Source of the DNA: Tortispora ganteri
Taxonomy: Eukaryota
Reading direction: 5' to 3'
NCBI GenBank assembly: GCA_003707115.1
Contig: PPNB01000025.1
Coordinates: forward strand, 62,001 to 112,833
Length of the DNA: 50,833 nucleotides
The notes under the pieces are model-generated. The model saw only the letters and a program-made list of their open reading frames with translations, was not told where the DNA came from and ran no database searches. This document shows, in pieces, positions 31,953-40,344 of the stretch (position 1 is its first letter; every line of letters begins with the position of its first letter). The translations under genes and the position numbers were made by a program.

Positions 31953-33626
31953 TTAGTTTTGCTCTTGCATTTTTTCTTCTCCTTCCCATCTGCATCTGCA
32001 ATCCCACCGACTTGTAATGGCATTTCTGCTCAAGTATTTCACAAAATCAAGTGTGCCTTGGTCTCGTAATACAAGTTGCAAATGGTTGAATTGAGGCTCA
32101 TCGACAGCCAGAACTCCGTCATCGTCGCCTGCTTCGCGATAAACAGCAGGATCGTTCTCTTCGTCATCGTCAGTGGCAACTAACATTTGGAATCCGCCAG
32201 AGTCAGGAATATCACTCCATCTCTTGCCGTCCGGTAAAACAGAAAGACCAAGAGTACCGTCGACTACGTATCCTGGGTTATCTTGGACGGTAGCGAGCGT
32301 GAAGTCTAAACCTGGTCTGAATCTGCGTATAAGTACGCTGCATTTCCTCACATGCATTGTAGCCACAACGTTTACCCATTGCGATAGTTCTCCACTTGAA
32401 AGGAAAGACAGAAGTTTTGCAAATATTGAGTCGTCAGAGTTTCCTTTTTTGGAACTGTAATACTGATACCTCCATTTATGCGGAGGAGCACTGACCTTGA
32501 AATCGAGGAACTCTTCGTCCGGTTTAGTTTTCGGCGACACAGCATAATGTCGTTCAATTTTCACTATTTCAGCTTTGAGTTTCTCAGCAAATTCAGGGGC
32601 TAAAAACTCGTACAATTCTGCTATAGAATCGTCGAAAAATTTAGATGTGATAGAAGTCAGTGACTCCGTTTTTAAGTAAACGGGGTTGATATATTTGGAA
32701 AGATATTCAATCGTAGCAGAAGGGAGCTCTAGAGTACTGTTTAAATATATTTCCGGAATATCAAGCATCTCGACTTTAGGGAAGTCGTACTCAATCAGTT
32801 CTTTTGATATAAGTTGCTGAAGCGAAGACTTTGCTTCTGTCTCCTCTTGCTCACCAGCAATGAAGCCTGGTTCACCTTCTTGTGGTATGTGGAACCATCC
32901 AGAAATAGCTAATCTGTCTTTATCAACATACACTTCCTCTACATCGTGGAAAGAGTGACCTGGTTGAACTGTAAAAAAAGCCAACTGGTTCCACACAGGA
33001 GGAATAACTTTAGTCCAGCCAACAGCAGGCACATTAGGGGTGACAGTAGGGTACAGGCGCAAAGCCCCACCCCATTCAGGTTTCCAAGGTTCGTCGGGGT
33101 CAGTCAAGTATAAGATATATGATACCCTTCTGGAACCTATAACGTCGTCGTGGTTCAATAGATGGCACGTTTTTCGATAATTGTTAATAGACATATCTTG
33201 CTTCTTTCCCGACAATGCACCACATCCTGTAATTTCGCGCACCAGCTCACGGAATGGAGAAGAGTAAAGCAAATTCCGTAATTTTCGAAGATTGGTTAGT
33301 CTCTTTAACTCTTCATGATCCAATCCATCAAGATTAGCCAAATCGCCTGTTTGATTCACCCTGTAAATATCAGTCTCTCTACGAGTGAATACCAATTCCT
33401 TGAATATTTCTTTACGCACATCTCTTAAAAGAGAGTCATCCATTAACTGGTCAATCACGCAATGCTTGTAAGGAACACTTTCACTATTTTGTTTGCGCAG
33501 CTCCTCTTTACGTTCAAAAAGTCCTGGTGCGAAGTATTTTGTCACATCTTCGTCACAAATCTTCTGACGTTTAACATCTCCATTAGTTTCAGTTTGATCT
33601 GAACTCTCTATGTTGTGTTTGCTCAT
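31953..33626 (-). CDS. TPA1: uS12 prolyl 3,4-dihydroxylase Tpa1/Ofd1
   Basis: Motifs ETDIY.VNQTGDLANL, HLLNHDDVIGSRRVSYILYL, SFHDVEEV, RLAISGWFH and RRFRPG.DFTLA. Confidence 0.95.
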   Translation of the reverse strand: MSKHNIESSDQTETNGDVKRQKICDEDVTKYFAPGLFERKEELRKQNSESVPYKHCVIDQLMDDSLLRDVRKEIFKELVFTRRETDIYRVNQTGDLANLDGLDHEELKRLTNLRKLRNLLYSSPFRELVREITGCGALSGKKQDMSINNYRKTCHLLNHDDVIGSRRVSYILYLTDPDEPWKPEWGGALRLYPTVTPNVPAVGWTKVIPPVWNQLAFFTVQPGHSFHDVEEVYVDKDRLAISGWFHIPQEGEPGFIAGEQEETEAKSSLQQLISKELIEYDFPKVEMLDIPEIYLNSTLELPSATIEYLSKYINPVYLKTESLTSITSKFFDDSIAELYEFLAPEFAEKLKAEIVKIERHYAVSPKTKPDEEFLDFKVSAPPHKWRYQYYSSKKGNSDDSIFAKLLSFLSSGELSQWVNVVATMHVRKCSVLIRRFRPGLDFTLATVQDNPGYVVDGTLGLSVLPDGKRWSDIPDSGGFQMLVATDDDEENDPAVYREAGDDDGVLAVDEPQFNHLQLVLRDQGTLDFVKYLSRNAITSRWDCRCRWEGEEKMQEQN

Positions 33627-33943
33627 ATTTCTTTTTTTTTCAACGTACAAAGACTACAAACAGATCATATGATTATTTTCGAAGCTAGCAGTTCTCGCGG
33701 AAGAAGTAACTTCTATATTTAGGTTTATGAGTACAACAACATCCTTCTTTGCCCACAGAAGCCCTCATGCGGACAGACTATTTGCAACATTCCTAAATCA
33801 ATGAAATAACTAATTTGAATAAGATACTGATTTATACACCTGTATTATTGCCAATAATCAACACCACTCGCACTGGTTTGCAGCCCCTTCGCAAGTGTGT
33901 CTTCTCGAAGAAACTCTATTTAGTGTGCAGGGTAACCAAAAAG

Positions 33944-33955
33944 ATATATATAAAA
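33944..33955 (+). promoter_or_regulatory. TATA box of the U2 snRNA gene
   Basis: TATATATAAAA lies about 35-45 nt upstream of the U2 5' end. Confidence 0.6.
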
Positions 33956-33987
33956 GCCACCTCCCACCAACAGGTTTTTTTTTCCTT

Positions 33988-34170
33988 AATCTCTTTGCCT
34001 TTTGGCTTAGATCAAGTGTAGTATCTGTTCTTTTCAGTGTAACAACTGAAATATCACCATTGGTGATTTTATTGTTACTGTATTTTTGGAATCGTTGGAA
34101 AACCTCTGGACTTGTCTATGTTTTCTAACACTGTGTCGCTGCTATTGCACTGCCGGCAGCTGACGCGATC
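33988..34170 (+). ncRNA. U2: U2 spliceosomal snRNA, short form (~180 nt)
   Basis: ATCTCTTTGCCTTTTGGCTTAGATCAAGTGTAGTATCTGTTCTTTTCAGTGTAACAACTGAAAT matches the fungal U2 5' domain. Branch-recognition GTAGTA at 34018-34023, stems IIa and IIb, IIc complement TTGTTAC, Sm site ATTTTTGG at 34082-34089, stem III, and stem IV with an ATTGCAC loop. Exact ends are approximate. Confidence 0.97.
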
Positions 34171-34372
34171 TCCCCTTCTTCTAGGATTCTAATGTGCACT
34201 TGCTGTATATTCGTTTTCTAGAAGGGCGGGAGGTCAATAATAGTGTAAATATAGTAGTATTGTACTAGCTGGTATATATTAATTTGCTTTTAGTTTCAGT
34301 TCCTGAGAGTACCGGCCCTTTTGTGCTCATGGGCGCCATAATAGACGTATAGCTGTCGCTAATGCCGCAGTA

Positions 34373-35677
34373 TCATTGAAACAAAAGACTAGCCGCGTAC
34401 TCAACGTTGCCTCCAGCTTGTTTGAGTGCCTTTAAGACATCTTCTCTCGAAAATCCCAGACTTTGAAGTTGCGCTATGTCATGTTCAGAGATTGTTATTG
34501 TGGCCGTAGGAGGACCAGGAGGCACAGGAGCATTAGAAGCTGAAGGTGTAGGCGGTGCAACAGTATCGTTAATAGGAGCTATAGGCTTGGAGATAGCAGG
34601 GACGCCATTTGTAGGAATATTTATGTCTTTTGCATATTCAGGCAGCTCGCTTTCGGTGAGGAAGGGGATAGATTGTTCTTCAATCGATAAACAGTTCTGG
34701 CGCAGATCGATCATTGCTTGATACCGTTTTAACATATCCAAGCCAAGTAAAATATCAATATGCTGATTTTCCATGACAGTAAACGAACAAGGGTAGTACT
34801 GTGTTCCCAGTTTTATGTAAGCTGAGTGAATTCTTCCAAGAATTTTTGCAGTACCTACACCGCGAGCGAGCCCTTCAAAACGCCGATCAATGAGATGCGT
34901 GACATTACAGGCTTCAGCGCATTCAGGGCTCATAATAGTAGCTTGGGCTCCAGAGTCAACAAATGCTTTAATTGCGCGACCGTTAACTTCACAATTGATG
35001 TAAAGCATAATTACACGGCCGAATGATTCCGGGTTGTGTTCAAGCGCAGCCTTCATGTTCTCAAGGATAGCCTCTTCTCTGATAATATCAAGGATCTTCT
35101 TTTGACTTTCTTCATTGAAGGGATCATCATTTAGACGCTTCAGTTCCTGTTTCTTTACTTCCTCATTCCTAAGGCGCTCGTATTCGATCTTCATAAGTGT
35201 CGTGTAGAACTGCTCTGGTTCATTCAACACACTAACAAGCTGAGGGTAGGCTTCACTAACTCCGCTTTGCAAAACAGGATCAGCAAGCATTTGCAGCCGC
35301 ACTCTTTCCATATCTCTTTTCTGCATTTCGGTAGGCCGAGATAGTTCGGCAGATGTATAGGGCATCGAAGATGACGAGGACGTCGCCTCCACAGATTGGT
35401 TTTCTTGTTTTAGCTCCTGCACAATTTTATCTGCATTACCTACAGGAGAAGGCGGAATGACACTTAGAATAATCATGTCGTCGAATTCTATATTCCACGT
35501 CGATAGCGGTAGATAGTCTGAAGCCAACGGCTGGCCTTTATATACAAGATGTTGGTGTGATGGCTTAACGCCAGACTCACCTTCAATATATGCCTTCAAA
35601 TCGCCTAGAGTGACATCTGGGGGCACTTCCACCGTGTAGATATCATCTGAATGATCGGCCGTTATGATAAGTCGCAT
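34373..35677 (-). CDS. DDI1: DNA damage-inducible protein Ddi1 (UBL, retroviral-like protease, UBA)
   Basis: N-terminal UBL, PESFG.V.MLYI..EVNG..IKAFVDSGAQ.TIMS, LLGLDMLKR and a C-terminal UBA (LGFSR...AL..AGGNVE.AASLLF). Confidence 0.96.
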   Translation of the reverse strand: MRLIITADHSDDIYTVEVPPDVTLGDLKAYIEGESGVKPSHQHLVYKGQPLASDYLPLSTWNIEFDDMIILSVIPPSPVGNADKIVQELKQENQSVEATSSSSSMPYTSAELSRPTEMQKRDMERVRLQMLADPVLQSGVSEAYPQLVSVLNEPEQFYTTLMKIEYERLRNEEVKKQELKRLNDDPFNEESQKKILDIIREEAILENMKAALEHNPESFGRVIMLYINCEVNGRAIKAFVDSGAQATIMSPECAEACNVTHLIDRRFEGLARGVGTAKILGRIHSAYIKLGTQYYPCSFTVMENQHIDILLGLDMLKRYQAMIDLRQNCLSIEEQSIPFLTESELPEYAKDINIPTNGVPAISKPIAPINDTVAPPTPSASNAPVPPGPPTATITISEHDIAQLQSLGFSREDVLKALKQAGGNVEYAASLLFQ

Positions 35678-35995
35678 AGATAAGTAACTGTATGGTGTAG
35701 CGCAAGTGCAAAGTCAAGGTGGTGTGTGTAACTTTACCCCTGATCCAATAATGATAACGGAGGGGACCAGATGAAGCAATTTTTAGTTCTTAGTCAGCAA
35801 CAGTCTGATATTTGGCTTAAATAAACCAAAGGAACCTCAAATAGGAAAAATAAAGTGTATGTATAGATCCAAGGCTTTGAAATTAATAAGTTAGGTGGTG
35901 CGGACGTTATTGGTTACGCGTGTCCGGGTAATAGATTGTAAAAGCGAGTTGGTGGTGTTTTCATTTTCCAACACCATTATTCTATCGTCGAAACG

Positions 35996-36580
35996 ATGAC
36001 GAAAGATTTACGGTTTTGCACAGTTTGTGCATCAAACCAAAATCGATCGATGGAAGCACATAGAGTGCTTGAAGAGGCTGGATATAATGTCAACTCATTT
36101 GGTACGGGGTCAGCGGTGCGACTACCTGGTCCAAGCATAGACAGGCCTAATATCTACGAATTTGGCACACCTTACGACACTATATACAATGACTTGGCAG
36201 GAAAAGATGCTAAACTTTACCAAGCCAATGGACTGCTGCCTATGCTAGATAGAAACAGAAATATAAAAACCGCGCCCCAACGGTGGCAGGATCATAATAT
36301 GGCATTTGACATTGTATTTACTTGCGAAGAAAGGTGTTTCGACGCCGTTTGTGAGGATTTAGTTAACAGAGGAGAACGATTGAATTTACCAGTGCATATA
36401 ATAAACATTGAGATAAAGGATAATCCCGAGGAAGCTGCGGTTGGGGCGCAAGGAATCCTGGACTTGGCTAATAGCATTGCTACAACTTCTAACTTGGATG
36501 AATCAATAATATCTGTATTAGACGAATTCGAGAAAAAACATCCTAAGCTACCAATCCTACATGCAATTTCTTTCTTCTAA
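35996..36580 (+). CDS. SSU72: RNA polymerase II CTD phosphatase Ssu72
   Basis: Motifs CTVCASNQNRSMEAH, SFGTGSAVRLPGPSID.PN.Y.FG and TCEERCFD.VCEDL. Confidence 0.97.
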   Translation: MTKDLRFCTVCASNQNRSMEAHRVLEEAGYNVNSFGTGSAVRLPGPSIDRPNIYEFGTPYDTIYNDLAGKDAKLYQANGLLPMLDRNRNIKTAPQRWQDHNMAFDIVFTCEERCFDAVCEDLVNRGERLNLPVHIINIEIKDNPEEAAVGAQGILDLANSIATTSNLDESIISVLDEFEKKHPKLPILHAISFF

Positions 36581-36585
36581 AGAGT

Positions 36586-37065
36586 TCAAAGCTTTGGAAC
36601 GAATATATCTGGCGGAGGGCTAGATATTAACGCCTTATCATGAACGCACGTCGCAAGTAGCTTGCCTGTCGCTTTATTACGCATCTCACCATGAAGAAGA
36701 GTCAATGTATTACCCTTCGACATTATCTTATTCTTAATCTGAACCACATCACCCACTTTCACGGGCCTCAAATACACGCAGTTAAGTTCTCTAGATACGT
36801 GAGTAGTCACTTTGCCATGCGTATAAGGCGCAATGAACAGGCAAGTAGATGTGCTCATATCGAAGATAGTCGCAATGCATCCGCCGTGGACATTACCCAT
36901 ACCGTTCAGCATGAGTTCCGTAGCTGTGACTTCTATGGTGGTACTTTCATCGTCAAAGTCTACAATACGAAGAGGTATTTTACCGCTCCAAGCGTTCGAA
37001 CTGACGATCTTGTCAATGAGCGTCTGACATTTTTTTATGATTTCTTCCTTTGAGGATTCTCCCAT
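36586..37065 (-). CDS. PaaI/THEM2-type hotdog-fold acyl-CoA thioesterase
   Basis: N..GNVHGGCIATIFD and VS.ELNC.YLRP..G. The C-terminus is PKL. Confidence 0.85.
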   Translation of the reverse strand: MGESSKEEIIKKCQTLIDKIVSSNAWSGKIPLRIVDFDDESTTIEVTATELMLNGMGNVHGGCIATIFDMSTSTCLFIAPYTHGKVTTHVSRELNCVYLRPVKVGDVVQIKNKIMSKGNTLTLLHGEMRNKATGKLLATCVHDKALISSPPPDIFVPKL

Positions 37066-37412
37066 CTTGGATATTTTCTATAATGATCGCAAGGGACTAA
37101 AGAAACCAATGAACTGTTTAAATATTAATATTGCGGGGTAGTAAGCGCTATCAATGAAAGTCACATCTTCCTCGGCTAGGTGGGGGTGCGCGGCTTTCCC
37201 CACGTCCGTGTCTGGCTGGTAGGAGCACCCCCCACACATCTCCCCCACTGCTGTATTGGGACTACTTGCACTCCAAAAGCAGGCAAACCCTTGCAAAAAA
37301 CCAACCACCCGACCATACCACACCCAACAAAACCTAACGATCAAGCTTAATCGCGGGTATTTAAATTAGTTCCTCGCTTGAAAAAAGAGCTAATTCCACG
37401 AATTCAAAAGTC

Positions 37413-37709
37413 ATGCTATTTTTTTCATTTTTTAAGACCCTTGTAGACAAACAAGTGACAGTGGAACTGAAGAACGATTTGACCGTCAGAGGGACTCTGA
37501 AGTCTGTTGATCAGTACTTCAATTTTCGTCTGGAAAACATAGTAGTACTGGAACAGGAAAAGTACCCGCAACTTTCAGCCGTAAAGAACCTTTTCATACG
37601 TGGCTCGGTAGTCAGGTACATGCACATACCAGAAAGTGCTGTTGACGTCACGTTACTGCAGGACGCTACACGTCGTGAAATAGCTGCCAGCGCTGGGGTT
37701 TCTTCTTAA
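37413..37709 (+). CDS. LSM2: Sm-like protein Lsm2
   Basis: MLFFSFFKTLVD..VTVELKND....GTLKSVDQ..N and FIRGSVVRY...LLQDATRRE. No intron. Confidence 0.97.
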   Translation: MLFFSFFKTLVDKQVTVELKNDLTVRGTLKSVDQYFNFRLENIVVLEQEKYPQLSAVKNLFIRGSVVRYMHIPESAVDVTLLQDATRREIAASAGVSS

Positions 37710-37787
37710 AACCATAATATCTCTTCAGTAGAAGTTAACCAAACACACCACTTTTCCTGTATCCTTTTCTTTTATGACTCTCTTAAT

Positions 37788-38543
37788 ATGATATGTATAG
37801 AATGCGCACACCCTGTAAATTCACTATTTACTCAGTATTCTTCTACAAATATCCGTTTGACACCATGCCCGAACTGCAAGAAGTTTGCAGACAAGTACAT
37901 CGAGTTTGATCGTGTTATAATCCTCATCGATCTGCTGCTGCTCAAGCCACAGGTTTACCGACACCTAGTATTTAATCGCTTTGGAACCGATAACACATCC
38001 CTTCATTCTGTTGCCAAACGTATGCTCTTCTTGTTCACAATGTTTGACGTCTATTTGGCCTGGGTGCGCGTAGAAAAGCAACCGCCAAATCCTATATCGA
38101 CATATATATTGTCGTTCCCTGTATTCGGTCAATACTTCTTCTTTATTGCCTACTGCTTTATGAATGTTATCGCTACTCATGTCACTATTCGTCTCCTGGC
38201 TCGTTACTTCCTCCATTGGCCAAAACCTGCCGCGCTCTCAACAACAATACTCATCTCCTACGCCCCAAAACTCTTCCCTGTCCTTATGATCATATGGTAC
38301 TACGATGTTCCTTCCGCTATCGCTTCTGTCGACTGGATAGTCAACCTTTGTCTAATCGAAGCATTACATATTATCTTAGAATGTTCATACCTAACTACAA
38401 TGCTCATGACATTAGCTGCAGCTCTCGTCAGAATCATCGCCGCAAAGTTCGTCCTTCTCCCTATCGTGCTCAGAAACACAGATCTTCATGCATCACTCTT
38501 CGAACCAGATGTAGCTGGATTATTTACTCTGCCTATTAATTAG
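37788..38543 (+). CDS. ARV1: Sterol homeostasis protein Arv1
   Basis: MICIEC..PV..L...YS...IRLT.C..C...ADKYIE.D.VI..IDLLLLKPQVYRHL.FN, followed by transmembrane segments. Confidence 0.95.
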   Translation: MICIECAHPVNSLFTQYSSTNIRLTPCPNCKKFADKYIEFDRVIILIDLLLLKPQVYRHLVFNRFGTDNTSLHSVAKRMLFLFTMFDVYLAWVRVEKQPPNPISTYILSFPVFGQYFFFIAYCFMNVIATHVTIRLLARYFLHWPKPAALSTTILISYAPKLFPVLMIIWYYDVPSAIASVDWIVNLCLIEALHIILECSYLTTMLMTLAAALVRIIAAKFVLLPIVLRNTDLHASLFEPDVAGLFTLPIN

Positions 38544-38554
38544 TTATACGCAAC

Positions 38555-39256
38555 TTATGATCCTTCTTCAGCTATTGCTGCTGCGCGCCGTCCTGTTTTC
38601 GCATCTAGCCCGAAGTACTGATGATTGTCGTAAAACTTGATCCCTACAGATTCCGCGAACCTTTTGTCGGTATCAGCGAAATCACCCGGTCTTCCAGCTG
38701 CATCTCCTACAAAGAAGCTTTCCTTTTTCTCAATGCCAATATTATACCGATTTAACACTGTTTCAAGTACTCCCCACATGCCATTATCCGGTTTTCGATG
38801 AAACGTTCTACCACACGCCGCTATTACTACCGCCCTTTCTAGACCAAGTTTGTTCAGTTCTCTTAATTGCGATTGAAGCCTCATACGAAACCCACTGTAT
38901 CTTTTTAGATCCCACGATCGAAGCGATATGCCACCCTGGTTCGTAAATATAACGAGCAGCCCAGGAAGGTTCGCAACTTTATTCGGAATATCGTCGTCTA
39001 GCCATTTCCAATCGGATGGGCCATTCGGATGTAAGTCTCCGCTTTTAGGATGCACTAAAGTCCAGTCCAAATCAAATCCTGCCACATGTACTGTGCCTTC
39101 CTTTAATTCATCAAACTGCCCGAATTCTCCAACAAGGACACTCTCTTCTTCTACGTACCACTCTACTTTTGAGTGGCACTTCATTCCCTTTCGCGTAAAG
39201 TCTGTTATACGTCGCTGATTTTTATCGTTACTCAACGTCGTAGAGGGCTTAGCCAT
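38555..39256 (-). CDS. TPP1: DNA 3'-phosphatase (PNK3P HAD domain only)
   Basis: FDLDWTL (DxDxT), DWKW, VIFTNQGG, RKP..GMW and FFVGDAAGR..DF..TD..FA..G. No kinase P-loop. First ATG is at 39256. Confidence 0.85.
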   Translation of the reverse strand: MAKPSTTLSNDKNQRRITDFTRKGMKCHSKVEWYVEEESVLVGEFGQFDELKEGTVHVAGFDLDWTLVHPKSGDLHPNGPSDWKWLDDDIPNKVANLPGLLVIFTNQGGISLRSWDLKRYSGFRMRLQSQLRELNKLGLERAVVIAACGRTFHRKPDNGMWGVLETVLNRYNIGIEKKESFFVGDAAGRPGDFADTDKRFAESVGIKFYDNHQYFGLDAKTGRRAAAIAEEGS

Positions 39257-39348
39257 AAGTTTTGGTTCCACTATATACAGATAGGAGAGGGGGATGAAGA
39301 TGGATTAGCTTCCTTCACGAATCACTCTGAAATACGCAACTCATAATA

Positions 39349-40200
39349 TTAAGCTTTTTCTGTGCTCAATAAGTCAACCATCAGCTCATACGCTAAAAAC
39401 TGCACAGCATTCACCCCGAAAGCTCGAATCATTGTCACACCAAGTCCGCCAAATAATACGTTAGTTCCGAGCGCTATTGTGCGTCGAGCACAATCCAAAG
39501 AGCTGCTGTAAACATTGGAAACGTCCGCTTGGTACCTGGTCTTGATCACATCTAGGGGAAATATCGATGCCCACGATAGACACCCTGCTATTCCGCCGAC
39601 AAATAAAATCTTACAGACGCCTCTCATATCCGATAGACCTACTTCATCAACATTAAGTAGTTTTTTCCCCATGCCGTAGGATCCAAAGTATATACCATAA
39701 CCAAAGCTATCCCTTATGGCTGTTATCACGGATCCTTTGAACAGCCCCTTAACTCCATCATTTCTCATAACATCTTTTAACGCCTGCAGCGAGCTTTCAT
39801 GGACCAATTGTGCGCGACACTTAATCAGTTCAGTCGGCACAGACACCGGTACTGTAGCGTATGAACCCAATGTTCCTGCCCAAAACAGTCTCCAGCCCTC
39901 GTTCATAGCTAGAACGGAACCATTGTCCTTGAGTTCAGTTAATTTCAATAACCACCAGGAATAAGAGCCAAATAGAAGCGCGTTTAAAGCTCCATATCCT
40001 AACACAGGCGCTGCTACTCCTCGCAGCGCTGATTTGGTCCAGTTTGCAAGACCCCTCTCCTGTCTCAAAGGCACAACTTCATCGCTAATACGCCCGCCAT
40101 TCTGTATCCTGACTTTCACAATATCCAGCGGATTACCGATAAGAATTCCTACAGCACCCGAAACGTAACCCGCTAGAAAATCAACTAGTGGTGTCGGCAT
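39349..40200 (-). CDS. Mitochondrial carrier (SLC25), carnitine/amino-acid carrier subgroup
   Basis: Three PX(D/E)XXKXRXQ repeats (PLDIVKVRIQ, PTELIKCRAQ, PLDVIKTRYQ), plus RDSFGYGIYF and IRAF..NA. Confidence 0.9.
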   Translation of the reverse strand: MPTPLVDFLAGYVSGAVGILIGNPLDIVKVRIQNGGRISDEVVPLRQERGLANWTKSALRGVAAPVLGYGALNALLFGSYSWWLLKLTELKDNGSVLAMNEGWRLFWAGTLGSYATVPVSVPTELIKCRAQLVHESSLQALKDVMRNDGVKGLFKGSVITAIRDSFGYGIYFGSYGMGKKLLNVDEVGLSDMRGVCKILFVGGIAGCLSWASIFPLDVIKTRYQADVSNVYSSSLDCARRTIALGTNVLFGGLGVTMIRAFGVNAVQFLAYELMVDLLSTEKA

Positions 40201-40344
40201 ATATATCTATATAAGTCTAAGGCCAGATGCGCTTGCGATTGGCCGGACTCGTCAACTCCCAATTCGCCTGCGTTTGGACCACTCGTCTTCACGTAAACAA
40301 CACCCCAGTCAAACAGACTCATTGAAACTATTACCCCTCATAAA

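Noticed and set aside
37141..37200. RNase MRP-like P4 pair on the minus strand (GAAAGCCGC ... GCGCTTAC)
   Set aside because: Only ~40 nt separate the two strands, too short for the intervening domains, and the bulged U is missing.
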